DNA of 64,000 nucleotides from Candidatus Aenigmatarchaeota archaeon (GCA_044343545.1 JAWBZR010000001.1:23992-87991); one strand, 5' to 3'. Shown: positions 38,625 to 49,018, numbered from the stretch's first letter. Translations and numbers: made by a program. The notes: a model not told the origin generated them from the letters alone.

Positions 38625-39395
38625 TTACACCTGGCAAATAAGCCTGAGAAAGCTTCTTCCGCCTGTCGCCATTCCTAAAATTGCTACTAATAGCTTTAGA
38701 AATTTTCCAAATTCTCTATCTTCAATTTCATCTAACATCTTCAAACAAAAATAAACCACTATAAATTTGACTATGATGAATGAAAATGGAGTGTTCGTTA
38801 CCTCTATTATCAATTTTGGTAAAACATGCTGCTCTGCATAGCCAAACCAATTAATTGCAACGGCTGTGGCCGTGGAATCAAACAAGTGCAAACCAATGAC
38901 GATCTTATTTTCCAAGCTTGTTTTCAATAACTTAAGAAAAAAACATTCTATTAAAATAAATGGTAAAAGATAAAAAATAGGTTGCAGTGTTTTTATGCTT
39001 ATAAAAATAGATGTTGAAGAAAATATGGAAAAGCCAAGAATAAACATAATTTTATGATAAGGTAAACCTTTTTTATTTTCTAAAAATTTTGTAATAATTA
39101 GCAGCAAAAGTATAGTGGAAAAAGATATCAGCCAAATGAATGGAGTGACAAAAAGGTATCCTTTGATTGTTTCCGCATCTCTCAAGACTCTAATAACAAT
39201 AGACGATAATATAAATGGAATGATGGATATGCATAGTTTGAAATCTATATCTATTTTGAGTTTTCTTATGATTTTGAAAGCCAAATATCCTAAAAATATA
39301 AAAATCAATGAATAAGTTATAGTGTTTACTATGTTATATCCTTCACTATATTTTATAGGTTCTATGAAATGTTTTTCAAAAAAATTTTCTAACAT
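38625..39395 (-). CDS. DUF63 family membrane protein
   Basis: GYNIVNTITY, HLFDSTAT, GYAEQHVLP, LGMATGGR. Confidence 0.88.
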   Translation of the reverse strand: MLENFFEKHFIEPIKYSEGYNIVNTITYSLIFIFLGYLAFKIIRKLKIDIDFKLCISIIPFILSSIVIRVLRDAETIKGYLFVTPFIWLISFSTILLLLIITKFLENKKGLPYHKIMFILGFSIFSSTSIFISIKTLQPIFYLLPFILIECFFLKLLKTSLENKIVIGLHLFDSTATAVAINWFGYAEQHVLPKLIIEVTNTPFSFIIVKFIVVYFCLKMLDEIEDREFGKFLKLLVAILGMATGGRSFLRLICQV

Positions 39396-39431
39396 GTAAA
39401 AATAAATAAAATCGGAAAGATAAATTTAATT

Positions 39432-40106
39432 GTGTCTAAAGGATTCTTCATAAGTTTCGAAGGTATAGATTCTACGGGTAAAAAAACTCAAGCCAAACTT
39501 TTGGCAGAGTACCTTAGAAAAAAAGGTTTAAATGTAGAAGAATTAAGCTTTCCCGCATATAATACTAAATTTGGCCAATATGTATCTGCTTTTTTAAGAG
39601 GTGAATATGGAAAAAAAGAAGATATGCCTGAAATAGCCGCTTTGCTTTTCGCCCTAGATAGATATCAATTCAAAAAATTTATAGAAGATTCCATAAAAGA
39701 TGGAAAAATTATAGTGTGTAACAGATATACTCAATCTGCGATGGCTTTCGAAGGAAGTTTAAGTCAAGATAAGAAAAAATTCATTAAATGGGTCGGTCAA
39801 GTAGAATCGAGATTACCGCAACCTGATGTAATAATATTGTTAGATTTGCCAATAGAATATTCTACGAAGCTTTTGGAGCTTAGAGAAGAGAAAGAATATT
39901 TGAAGGGTGCAAAAAAAGATATATTTGAAGAAGATTTGGTTTATCAAGAAAAAGTTAGAAAAACTTATCTTGAAATGGCTAAAGGAAAAAGATGGATTGT
40001 TGTAAAATGTTTCAAGAAAAATGGGATAAAAAGTGTTGAAGAGATACATGAAGAAATAGTGAAAAAAGTTGAGAATATTTTAAAAGAAAAAACAATAATT
40101 AAATAA
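39432..40106 (+). CDS. tmk: Thymidylate kinase
   Basis: FISFEGIDSTGKKTQ, LLFALDR, NRY..S, PD....LD. Confidence 0.9.
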   Translation: MSKGFFISFEGIDSTGKKTQAKLLAEYLRKKGLNVEELSFPAYNTKFGQYVSAFLRGEYGKKEDMPEIAALLFALDRYQFKKFIEDSIKDGKIIVCNRYTQSAMAFEGSLSQDKKKFIKWVGQVESRLPQPDVIILLDLPIEYSTKLLELREEKEYLKGAKKDIFEEDLVYQEKVRKTYLEMAKGKRWIVVKCFKKNGIKSVEEIHEEIVKKVENILKEKTIIK

Positions 40107-40528
40107 TGATTCAAATAGTTTTGGGTTTACTCTTAATTCTTCTTGGTGTATTTCTTGCTTCAAAAATCGTAGGAAACTTGATAAAATTATTTTTGCTTCT
40201 AATAATTTTCTTTCTTGGCTTTTACCTCATTTTTGGATATATACCTTATTCTTCGACTATTTTTGATCTCAAAAATATTTTTGGGATATCTATTTTAAGT
40301 ATAGGAAAGGATGTTGAAGGTAAAATGTTATTGGCAGTGAAAAATAATTGGTTTTTCGAAGCAAAAAATTTGAGTGTGAGTATTAATGGAAATGAAACAG
40401 GCATATTGAATAATGTGAAGAGTATTAAAGGCAGAAAAATAGAAATACTGCAAGTGGATTGGAGAGAAGATTTTAACAAGATTATTATCTCAAGTAGCGT
40501 TGGTAAAACAGAATATTTAAAAAAATAG
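40106..40528 (+). CDS. Hypothetical membrane protein
   Basis: Two N-terminal TM segments and a soluble beta-rich C-terminus; overlaps the tmk stop. Confidence 0.7.
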   Translation: MIQIVLGLLLILLGVFLASKIVGNLIKLFLLLIIFFLGFYLIFGYIPYSSTIFDLKNIFGISILSIGKDVEGKMLLAVKNNWFFEAKNLSVSINGNETGILNNVKSIKGRKIEILQVDWREDFNKIIISSSVGKTEYLKK

Positions 40529-40570
40529 ATTTATGACTAACATATCAAGTCTTGATATTATTGGTAATGG

Positions 40571-41299
40571 TTATAAGAATTTTTCCAAGCCATGTTTTAA
40601 ATCCTTTTCGGTATCTATGAGTACAATTTTTTCATTTAACGGTAAGCTCACGTTGAAGATCGGTATGCTATCTATCCAAGCTAGTTTTTTTCCTTTATGA
40701 GAATGACCACAAATGACCAAGGTAGGTCTCGATGTCAAAATCATTTCTTCCATCTTTTTACTTCCCAATTCTGGATAAAATTTCAATTCCTCACCTTCCA
40801 ATATTTTATAGGTTGGCGCGTAATGTAGTAATAATATTTTTATCTCTGCTTTTACTTCGCACAAGAGTTTCTTTATTTTTTCAATTCTCTCCTCGTATTC
40901 TTTCTCTATGTTAGGTATGTTTTTATATTGCCAATAGGTGGGTCTGTCCAAGCTACCCTTGCTTCCTATTATAGCTACGGATGTGTTTTTTACATGCAAT
41001 AAGATGCTTTCGTCTTCAAGAAAAATAACTTGCTTGTATTTCTCTTTTATTTTGCTCGTAGTTTCTGCACCAAATTCCGTGTTTCCGAAGCATGCCACTA
41101 TAGGACAATTGATTTTACCGAACATCGTGTTTATAATTTTTTGATACTCGTCTACATTTCCCTTATCAACAACATCTCCTGCCAGAAGAAATATGTCTGG
41201 TTTTGCTTGTAAAAAATCTATTGACTTTACAAACAAACTGAAATATCTTGGAGAATGAATGTCTGAAGTTGCAGCTATTATCATCAAATAATAATTCAA
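40571..41299 (-). CDS. Metallophosphoesterase (calcineurin-like)
   Basis: SDIH, AGD, GNTE (GNH variant), LLHY, GHSH. Confidence 0.88.
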   Translation of the reverse strand: MNYYLMIIAATSDIHSPRYFSLFVKSIDFLQAKPDIFLLAGDVVDKGNVDEYQKIINTMFGKINCPIVACFGNTEFGAETTSKIKEKYKQVIFLEDESILLHVKNTSVAIIGSKGSLDRPTYWQYKNIPNIEKEYEERIEKIKKLLCEVKAEIKILLLHYAPTYKILEGEELKFYPELGSKKMEEMILTSRPTLVICGHSHKGKKLAWIDSIPIFNVSLPLNEKIVLIDTEKDLKHGLEKFL

Positions 41300-41333
41300 T
41301 TTTTAAAGCAAAAATAGCTATATATTGTTAAGC

Positions 41334-41408
41334 GGGCCGGTAGATCAATGGTAGATCGCTGCCTTGGCGTGGCAGAGGCTCTGGGTTCAAATCCCAGCCG
41401 GTCCACCA
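41334..41408 (+). tRNA. tRNA-Ala(GGC), CCA encoded
   Basis: GGGCCGG/CCGGTCC acceptor with G3:U70; CTGCC-TTGGCGT-GGCAG anticodon arm; ends ACCA. Confidence 0.95.
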
Positions 41409-41457
41409 CGGAATATTAAAAAATTTAAATATTCGTTCTTAATTTATGTGAGTTATT

Positions 41458-41931
41458 ATGATGAAGAACGAAAAAAGAGAGATAAGGGGTATAGTAAGGA
41501 TAGCTGGAGTAGATCTTAAAGGAGAAAAGAAAGTTTATGTTTCTCTACAGCAAATAAAAGGTGTAGGTCCTGCCGTGGCTAATGCTGTTTGCAAACTCAC
41601 AGGAATAGAAAGAAATAGAATGGTTGGCACGTTAAGCGATGAAGATGTAGAGAGAATAGAACATGTGCTAGAAAATTTACATAAATATGTACCTTCTTGG
41701 TTGCTTAATAGAAGATCGGATCCTGAAACAGGAGAAAATCATCATCTCATAGGCCCTGATGTAAAGTTTGTTATTGAGCAAGATATAAAGAAGATGATAG
41801 AGAAAAGGTGTTATAAAGGTATAAGGCATGCACTTGGTCTACCCGTAAGGGGACAAAGAACGAGAAGTTCCTTTAGAAAAGGAAGAACTGTAGGTGTGAT
41901 AAGAAAGAAAAATCAACCAGGCAAAAAGTGA
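41458..41931 (+). CDS. rps13: 30S ribosomal protein S13
   Basis: IVRIAG, IKGVG, YKGIRHALGLPVRGQRT. Confidence 0.96.
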   Translation: MMKNEKREIRGIVRIAGVDLKGEKKVYVSLQQIKGVGPAVANAVCKLTGIERNRMVGTLSDEDVERIEHVLENLHKYVPSWLLNRRSDPETGENHHLIGPDVKFVIEQDIKKMIEKRCYKGIRHALGLPVRGQRTRSSFRKGRTVGVIRKKNQPGKK

Positions 41932-41940
41932 TGATGAGGT

Positions 41941-42426
41941 ATGAGAAAAATAAGAAATACTTATAGAAAGCCAAGAAAACCATGGGACAAGGCAAGAATT
42001 GAAGAAGAAAAGAAATTGATGAAAAAATATGGATTAAGAAGAAAAAAGGAGATATGGAGAGCGGAAGCATTGTTAAGAAGTTTTAGGCAAAGAGCAAGAA
42101 ATTTATCTGCCAAAAGGAATGAAGAAGAAGAAAAGAAATTACTAGACAAGCTTTATAGATTGGGGTTATTGGAAAAGGGGGCTAAACTGAATGACGTGCT
42201 GAGTTTAACAGTTGAAGATATTCTTGAAAGAAGGCTTCAAACCATAGTTGCAAAAAAGGGTTTGGCTAACACGCCGAAGCAAGCAAGACAATATATAGTT
42301 CATGGTCACATCGGAATTAATGGAAGGAGGATAAAGTTCCCTGGGATGCTGGTCACAAGAGATGTGGAGGATAAAATAAGTTATTATAACTTTGAGCCTA
42401 AGTTAAGGGTGAGTGTTGATGAATAA
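41941..42426 (+). CDS. rps4: 30S ribosomal protein S4
   Basis: [30 protein letters not shown]. Confidence 0.96.
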   Translation: MRKIRNTYRKPRKPWDKARIEEEKKLMKKYGLRRKKEIWRAEALLRSFRQRARNLSAKRNEEEEKKLLDKLYRLGLLEKGAKLNDVLSLTVEDILERRLQTIVAKKGLANTPKQARQYIVHGHIGINGRRIKFPGMLVTRDVEDKISYYNFEPKLRVSVDE

Positions 42427-42838
42427 AGAAGGTGAGAAGAAAACCGAAAAAACTAAAGGAGTATGGGGAGTTGCACATATATTTTCGACTGTTAATAGCA
42501 TCATAGTGCACATCACAGATATAACAGGTTCGGAAACCATTTCTCGTTGCACAGGCGGAATGATAACCACGAAAGATAGGGAGCAGGGAAGTCCTTATTC
42601 TGCATTAATGGCGGCAACGAAAGCAGCGCAAGAAGCTTTGGAAAAGGGAATTATAGGCGTTCATGTAAAGGTGAGAGGTAAAGGAGGGCATCATAAAAAA
42701 TCTCCTGGACCTGGAGCTCAACCTGCTATTAGAGCTTTAGTGAGAGCTGGCCTAAAAATAGGATTGATAGAGGACGTCACGCCAATCCCAACAGACACCA
42801 CGAGAAGAAAGGGTGGCAGAAGGGGAAGAAGAGTGTAA
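42419..42838 (+). CDS. rps11: 30S ribosomal protein S11
   Basis: [33 protein letters not shown]. Confidence 0.96.
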   Translation: MNKEGEKKTEKTKGVWGVAHIFSTVNSIIVHITDITGSETISRCTGGMITTKDREQGSPYSALMAATKAAQEALEKGIIGVHVKVRGKGGHHKKSPGPGAQPAIRALVRAGLKIGLIEDVTPIPTDTTRRKGGRRGRRV

Positions 42839-42839
42839 A

Positions 42840-43583
42840 TCATATTTTTCTTGCAAAAGTTAACCAGCCGGTGTGCATTAAACCCATCGTTTTTGGACGA
42901 GTATAATCTCCCACTTGCCACTCTCTTTTTATGCATTCGATCGTTTTGACCTCGACAAACGAAAATTCACTCAATCCTTTTCTCACTGACTTTACTTGCT
43001 CTATGTATGGTGAATATATGGCAATCCAACCGCCTTTTTTTAAAGCTTTGTAAGCTTCTTCTATAATTTTTTCCGCATCCTTAACATCTAAAGTTATGAG
43101 ATCTACATTTTTTTCATCTATGCCCAAGAATATATCTTTATGTTTAATCGTTAAATTTTTTAACCCAATTAACTTGGCATTTTCTTTTGCAATTTTGATA
43201 TATTTTTCGTTTATTTCATATGAAACAACCTTGCTTTGAGGAAGGTAATAGGATAAAAAGATGCTTAAAAAACCCGAGCCACAGCCTGCATCAACTATCA
43301 AACTTTTTGGAGATATACCTGTATAAGCAAGGATTAAACATGCGTCTTGAGGCATAACTATTTGTGGCAATCTTTTAGCTTTTTTCTCCAAAAAATCGAT
43401 GAGGTTTGGCTCCAAAACCACAAACTCTTCTCCAAGATGTGTTTTTATAATTTCTCCTATTCTTTTCTTCTTTAATTCTTTTATGTCTACCTGCCCAAAC
43501 TGAGTGTTATATTTTTCGCCATCAATTTTCACGATATATTTTTTCTTTCCGATTAATAACCTGTACTTTTCCATATCTTTCAA
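42840..43583 (-). CDS. trmI: tRNA (adenine-N1)-methyltransferase TrmI
   Basis: RLPQIVMPQD, DAGCGSG, TLD, YSPYIEQ, HTGWL. Confidence 0.9.
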   Translation of the reverse strand: MKDMEKYRLLIGKKKYIVKIDGEKYNTQFGQVDIKELKKKRIGEIIKTHLGEEFVVLEPNLIDFLEKKAKRLPQIVMPQDACLILAYTGISPKSLIVDAGCGSGFLSIFLSYYLPQSKVVSYEINEKYIKIAKENAKLIGLKNLTIKHKDIFLGIDEKNVDLITLDVKDAEKIIEEAYKALKKGGWIAIYSPYIEQVKSVRKGLSEFSFVEVKTIECIKREWQVGDYTRPKTMGLMHTGWLTFARKI

Positions 43584-43942
43584 TCCTTTTTATATTTTTG
43601 AAACCTTTGTTTATTTTTTTCCATCTTCTTCAAGTACTCCTTTTCCAAATCCATGCCGAGCAAGTTTGCTGTTATTATTATATAAATAAAGCAATCGATC
43701 AACTCTTCTGTTAGCTCATTTTTTCTTTCATCCAACGTGTTTATTCCTAAGGTTGTGAGATCCCTCGAAATTTTTTTAACTATATTTGCATATTCTCCTA
43801 TTTCTCCTGTCAAAGCAACAACAAGATACTGTAATTTTTCTATTTTTGATTTTTCATCTTCTGCTTCCCAAAAGTTTTTAAAGTATTCCATATCGAATCT
43901 TTTTTGTAAATCCTGAATCTCCTTTATTTCCATAAATATCAC
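43580..43942 (-). CDS. MazG-like nucleotide pyrophosphohydrolase
   Basis: GEIGEYANIVKK, EELID, KMEKNKQRF. Confidence 0.85.
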   Translation of the reverse strand: MIFMEIKEIQDLQKRFDMEYFKNFWEAEDEKSKIEKLQYLVVALTGEIGEYANIVKKISRDLTTLGINTLDERKNELTEELIDCFIYIIITANLLGMDLEKEYLKKMEKNKQRFQKYKKD

Positions 43943-44025
43943 ACATTAACATAATTAGAAGACGAAGCAATAAAATTTTCTATAAAAACCAAAATTTAAA
44001 ACCATTAAAAATCTAATTTTTTATT

Positions 44026-44305
44026 GGCAAGGAGCTAGATCGGGGTGCTACCGGTACCCTGTAACCGCAAACCCGGTATACGGCGGGATCGAAGCCTGAG
44101 GGCGACTTGACACTGGTAACAAGACCTGGATCTTGGACGATGAAGCTTTGTCTCCCGGGACAGTGCATATACTGAACCTGGTCAGGTCCGGAAGGAAGCA
44201 GCCATAAAGTATATGCTCCTGTGCTCGCGAGTTAACAAAGTGGAGGACAAGTTCCAGAAAACTCTTGTTATCAGTGTCATTTCCACCGATGGCGTGCTCC
44301 TTGCC
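44026..44305 (+). ncRNA. ffs: Signal recognition particle RNA (large type, with Alu domain)
   Basis: Helix-8 signature GGTCAGGTCCGGAAGGAAGCAGCC; 10-bp terminal helix GGCAAGGAGC/GCTCCTTGCC; Alu-type CCCTGTAACCGC; long helix 5 (TGACACTGGTAACAAGA/TCTTGTTATCAGTGTCA). Confidence 0.93.
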
Positions 44306-44542
44306 TCCTTTTATTTAAAAATGCGTACCATTGATATTCAAGATAATTCGTATTAATGCCGCAACAACAAACCGCATGCGAAAATCGCGGTTTCATACAA
44401 TAAAAATTTTCAAATAAACATATGGATTATTTTAAAAATCAGAATCAAATTTTTGATGAAAAACTTGTTTAATAAGAAATTGTAATTTCTTGTCGAAAAA
44501 CGAAAAAAAGTGTTAAAATATTTTGAAACTAAACAGAATTTT

Positions 44543-45445
44543 ATGATACCAAAATTGCTCGAAGAAAAAATAAAATTGCTTTATCCGGAAAATTTGGAAG
44601 ATTTCAACAAAATTCACGTGATTAAAAAATCGATAAGGGTAAATACTCTAAAAATTTCAAAAAAAGAATTGGTTTCTAGATTGAGAGAAAGATTCGAAAT
44701 TGAAGAAATACCATGGTGTGAAGATGGGTTATTCGTTAATGACGTTAACTTGACAAAAACGAGGGAATATTTTTTGGGTTATTATTATCTTCAAGACGCC
44801 GCAAGCATGATACCTGCCATAGTCCTAAAACCAAAAAAAGATGATGTAGTTCTCGACATTGCCGCTGCACCTGGTTCAAAAACCACACAAATGGCTGCCA
44901 TAATGAAGAATAAAGGTCTGATAATAGCTAACGATGTCAACATGAAAAGATTGAAAGCTTTGAGATTTAACTTGCAAAAATGCGGTGTTGTTAATACCGT
45001 AGTAACCAATTTGGATGGAAGGTATATAGATAAAATAGGTATTGAATTTGATAAGATATTATTAGATGTTCCGTGTAGCGCTTCCGGGACTTGCATCACA
45101 AATCCCAACGTCTTTAAAACGTGGAATCAAGGTAAAGTGAATGAATTGAGTAAGCTGCAAAAGCGGTTAATCGAAGCTGCGGCAAACTGTTTAAAAGAAG
45201 GTGGCGAAATGGTTTATTCGACGTGCTCTATAGATCCTGAAGAAAATGAAGAAGTCATAGATTTTGCTGTGAGAAAATTGAATTTAAAAACGAAAAAAAT
45301 AAGATTAAAAGGAATAAAGACGAGGGATGCTATAGAGAAATATAGAAGATTCGAATATAGTGAAGAAGTCAAAAATGCAGTTAGAATAAATCCATTTGAT
45401 AATATGACGGAGGGTTTCTTTATATGCAAATTAAAAAAATACTAA
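44543..45445 (+). CDS. RsmB/NOL1/NOP2 RNA cytosine-C5 methyltransferase
   Basis: IRVNTLK, QDAASM, DIAAAPGSKT, LDVPCS, YSTCS...EENE. Confidence 0.93.
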   Translation: MIPKLLEEKIKLLYPENLEDFNKIHVIKKSIRVNTLKISKKELVSRLRERFEIEEIPWCEDGLFVNDVNLTKTREYFLGYYYLQDAASMIPAIVLKPKKDDVVLDIAAAPGSKTTQMAAIMKNKGLIIANDVNMKRLKALRFNLQKCGVVNTVVTNLDGRYIDKIGIEFDKILLDVPCSASGTCITNPNVFKTWNQGKVNELSKLQKRLIEAAANCLKEGGEMVYSTCSIDPEENEEVIDFAVRKLNLKTKKIRLKGIKTRDAIEKYRRFEYSEEVKNAVRINPFDNMTEGFFICKLKKY

Positions 45446-45891
45446 GTTCAAAAGAAATAAAAGAAATTGAAAATATTATAAGAAAAAATTATGATTCTTC
45501 TTTCAAATTAAGAGATTATTTTGTTTTTCTCACAGCAGATGACAAGTTGTGGATCTGTTCGCTTGATTTGAAAAAAATTGAATTAAAAAAGTTGAAGAGA
45601 ATAAATGCCATAGGTCTTTATTTCGGCAAATTGAAAAGAAATGAAAAAATACAATTATCTATAGAAGGTAGTATGTTAGTTGGAAAAACTGCTAAAAAGA
45701 ATGTAGCAATAGTAGAAAAAATAGAGGAATATATGGAAGGAAAAAATGTTTCTTGTAATTGTTTGAATTGTGAAAAAGATAATTTTGTGATAGTAAAGAA
45801 TTGTGAAGATTTTTTTGGCACCGGAGTTTTGAGAGAAAATTGCATATTAGAAAACATTTTACCAAAAAGTAGAAGGTTAGAGTTAAAATGA
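45424..45891 (+). CDS. NIP7-like / PUA-domain protein
   Basis: GLYFGK...LSIEG, NILPKSRR; adjacent to the m5C methyltransferase. Confidence 0.75.
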   Translation: MQIKKILSSKEIKEIENIIRKNYDSSFKLRDYFVFLTADDKLWICSLDLKKIELKKLKRINAIGLYFGKLKRNEKIQLSIEGSMLVGKTAKKNVAIVEKIEEYMEGKNVSCNCLNCEKDNFVIVKNCEDFFGTGVLRENCILENILPKSRRLELK

Positions 45892-47180
45892 TAGAAATAA
45901 ACGAAAAATTCAAGGAAGCAATAGAAATTATGGAAAATACCGACAGGCATGTGCTTATTACAGGTAGAGCGGGAACGGGGAAATCTACTTTATTAAACTA
46001 TTTTAGAAAAATAACGAAAAAAAACATAGTTGTATTAGCACCAACGGGAGTTGCTGCAATAAACGTAAATGGGGTTACCATACACTCGTTTTTCAAATTC
46101 AAACCAGATATTTCTTTGACAAAAGTTAGCAAAGTAAAGGATAATAGAATTTACAAGAAGTTAGACGCTATAGTAATAGATGAAATTTCAATGGTTAGAG
46201 CTGACTTGTTGGATTGCATAGATAAATTTATGCGCTTAAACGGAAAAGATAAAGACAAACCTTTTGGCGGAACTCAAATGATATTTCTTGGTGATTTGTA
46301 CCAATTGCCTCCCGTAGTCAAAAGAAATGAGATAAAAATATTCGAAAAGCATTATAAAAGTTTTTATTTTTTTGACGCAAAAGTTTTTGAAAAAATTCAA
46401 ATTGATTTTGTAGAATTGGAAAAGATTTACAGACAAAAAGATAAAGAGTTTATAAGAATTTTGAATGCTATAAGAGATAATTGCTTAACTGATCAAGATC
46501 TTGCAAAAATAAATAGTAGAGTTATAAGAGATTTTAGAGAAGATCCGAAAGATTTTTACATAAGACTTACATCTACCAAAAAATTGGCAGACGAGATTAA
46601 TGAAAAAAATCTTGAAATGTTAAAAGGAAAATTATATGAATACATAGGTATAGTTAAGGGGGATTTTCCAGAAAATTACTTGCCTATAGAAAAAAACTTG
46701 AAATTAAAAATCGGATCTCAAGTTATGCTCTTAAATAATGACAATCTTGGGAGATGGATAAATGGAAGTTTGGGTAGAGTTGTAGAAGTGATTAAAAAAG
46801 ATGATGAAAACGATTTAATAAAAGTGGAACTATTTGATGGGAAAACTTTTGAAGTTTCGCCATATACTTGGAATATTTATGAAGCTTTTTTTGATGAAAC
46901 AAACGAGTGCATCGATTATAAGGTGATAGGTTCTTTTATTCAATATCCTATGAAGTTAGCTTGGGCGATAACAATTCACAAAAGTCAAGGAAAAACTTTT
47001 GATAAGGTGATAATAGATGTTGGTAGAGGCGCTTTTGCTCCCGGTCAAATTTACGTTGCATTGAGCAGATGTAAAAGTTTGGATGGCATAGTTCTTAAAA
47101 AGCCCATTAGAAAAAGTGACATAATAGTTGATTGGAGAATTTCCCATTTTCTGTCAAAATTAAAATCAAAAAATTGGTAG
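45888..47180 (+). CDS. PIF1/RecD-like SF1B DNA helicase
   Basis: TGRAGTGKST, APTGVAA, IDEISM, GDLYQLPPV, AITIHKSQG, YVALSR. Confidence 0.92.
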   Translation: MIEINEKFKEAIEIMENTDRHVLITGRAGTGKSTLLNYFRKITKKNIVVLAPTGVAAINVNGVTIHSFFKFKPDISLTKVSKVKDNRIYKKLDAIVIDEISMVRADLLDCIDKFMRLNGKDKDKPFGGTQMIFLGDLYQLPPVVKRNEIKIFEKHYKSFYFFDAKVFEKIQIDFVELEKIYRQKDKEFIRILNAIRDNCLTDQDLAKINSRVIRDFREDPKDFYIRLTSTKKLADEINEKNLEMLKGKLYEYIGIVKGDFPENYLPIEKNLKLKIGSQVMLLNNDNLGRWINGSLGRVVEVIKKDDENDLIKVELFDGKTFEVSPYTWNIYEAFFDETNECIDYKVIGSFIQYPMKLAWAITIHKSQGKTFDKVIIDVGRGAFAPGQIYVALSRCKSLDGIVLKKPIRKSDIIVDWRISHFLSKLKSKNW

Positions 47181-47185
47181 ATGAT

Positions 47186-48583
47186 ATGAAAATAACATTT
47201 TTTGGTGGAATAAATGAGATTGGCGGAAATAAAATTTTAATTGAAAGTTCTTCTACCAAGTTTTTTATTGATTTTGGTTTGAGCTTTTCAAAATTCGGAA
47301 AGTATTATACAGATTTTCTTCAACCAAGATTATGCAACGGCATAGGAGACCTTCTGGATTTAGAAATAATACCAGATTTGGATGGTATTTATAGAAACGA
47401 TTTGCTTGCGAATGAAGGAAGAAAAACTAGTGATGAACCAAAAATAGATGGTGTTTTCTTAAGTCATGCACACTCAGATCATGTAGGTCATGTTTCTCTA
47501 CTGCATAAAGATATGAACATATTTTGCGGGGAAACATGCAAGATTATTTTAAAAGCATTGCAAGAAAGTAGTATGGGAGGTTTTGAAAATGATTATTATT
47601 GGTTTAGAGAAAATTTTGTTAAAAGGAGAGATAAGCCAAAAACTGAAAGAAAGTATGTAACTTTTAGGACTGGGGACAAGATAAAGATAAATGATATCGA
47701 AGTTGAACCTATACATGTTGATCATTCTATACCTGGTTCTTATGCCTTCATAATTTACACTCCTGAAGGAAACATAGCTTACACAGGAGATTTCAGAAGT
47801 CACGGAACAAAATCTTACATGACAGAAGATTTCATCGAAAGAGCGAAAGAAGAAAAGATAGATATTTTATTGTGTGAAGGTACGAGAGTTAACGAGAGGG
47901 AAAAGAGTCTTAGCGAAGAAGAAGTTTATCAAAAAGTAAAGGAGATTATTAGAAAAACGAGAAATATGGTTTTTGTAAATTTTTCATTTAAAGATGTTGA
48001 TAGATTGAATACATTCTTTAAAGCTTGTAGAGATGGTGAAAGAATTTTTGCTGTTTCAACAAAGTTGGCTTTTTTGATTAAGGAGCTTCAAAAAGATAAA
48101 CATCTCAATCTTCCAAATTTTGACGAGATAAAAGTATACATGCATAGATCAAAATGGGGAATTTATGAGAAAGAAGATTACAACACGTGGGAAAGAGATT
48201 TTTTGGATGGCGATTATGTAACTGCAGAAGATTTGAAAAAAAGTCAAGAAAAATATGTTTTGTTTATGGATTTTTTCGATTTAAAAGAATTAATCGACAT
48301 AAAACCAAAAGCTGGAAGTAGCTACATTTATTCTTCTTCTGAGCCTCATAACGAAGAGCAATTAATTGATTTTGAAAGGTTAAAAAATTGGATAAATCGT
48401 TTTGGATTAGAAATGTATACGATACATGCTTCTGGTCATGCCAACTACAATGAAATAGGAAGTTTGATAGAAAAAATTGGAGCCAAGAAAGTTGTTCCTA
48501 TTCACACAGAGCATCCTTTCATGTTTGAAAACTTTACCAAAAATTTGATAATCCCAAGTTATTCAGAGCCGATTGAATTATAG
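47186..48583 (+). CDS. MBL-fold/beta-CASP hydrolase (RNase J-like)
   Basis: GGINEIGGN, SHAHSDH, DHSIPG, YTGDFR, HASGH, PIHTEH. Confidence 0.88.
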   Translation: MKITFFGGINEIGGNKILIESSSTKFFIDFGLSFSKFGKYYTDFLQPRLCNGIGDLLDLEIIPDLDGIYRNDLLANEGRKTSDEPKIDGVFLSHAHSDHVGHVSLLHKDMNIFCGETCKIILKALQESSMGGFENDYYWFRENFVKRRDKPKTERKYVTFRTGDKIKINDIEVEPIHVDHSIPGSYAFIIYTPEGNIAYTGDFRSHGTKSYMTEDFIERAKEEKIDILLCEGTRVNEREKSLSEEEVYQKVKEIIRKTRNMVFVNFSFKDVDRLNTFFKACRDGERIFAVSTKLAFLIKELQKDKHLNLPNFDEIKVYMHRSKWGIYEKEDYNTWERDFLDGDYVTAEDLKKSQEKYVLFMDFFDLKELIDIKPKAGSSYIYSSSEPHNEEQLIDFERLKNWINRFGLEMYTIHASGHANYNEIGSLIEKIGAKKVVPIHTEHPFMFENFTKNLIIPSYSEPIEL

Positions 48584-48628
48584 AGAAAAATATATCAAAA
48601 CAAAAAACATAATAAATTATTAATAACT

Positions 48629-49018
48629 ATGCAAAAAATTAAGAAAATTCTAGTTTTTGGTAATCCTCTAGTTAGAAAGGATAGTCTTCCGCCATCGTTG
48701 ATAAGTAATTTACAAAAAATGTTTCCACACATAGAATTTAAGGAATTCGATGCTGTGGAGGATTTACAAAAAGAAGGAAGAAATCTATACATTCTTGACA
48801 CTGTTGAAGGAATAAAAAAAGTTGAATTAATAACAAACATAGATGTTTTGGAAGCAAACAAAATAATTTCTGTTCATGATTTCGATTTAGCTTATACATT
48901 AAAACTTTTAAAAAATACCAACCTCATTGATAGAGTAACCATCATAGGTGTCCCTGTAGATATAAGTAAGGAGGAAGCATTGAAACAAGTAAAGGAAGTT
49001 ATAGACAAATTGAGTTGA
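48629..49018 (+). CDS. Hydrogenase maturation protease-like protein (divergent)
   Basis: VFGNPLVRKD, ILDTV, SVHDFDL, VTIIGV. Confidence 0.75.
   Translation: MQKIKKILVFGNPLVRKDSLPPSLISNLQKMFPHIEFKEFDAVEDLQKEGRNLYILDTVEGIKKVELITNIDVLEANKIISVHDFDLAYTLKLLKNTNLIDRVTIIGVPVDISKEEALKQVKEVIDKLS

Noticed and set aside
30452..41408. tRNA-anchored integrated element
   Set aside because: No integrase and no duplicated tRNA 3' end noticed; flanking genes are housekeeping.
44369..44393. Hairpin AAACCGC...GCGGTTT downstream of the SRP RNA
   Set aside because: Only a 7-bp stem; the SRP RNA already has a T-rich tract right after it; no further support.
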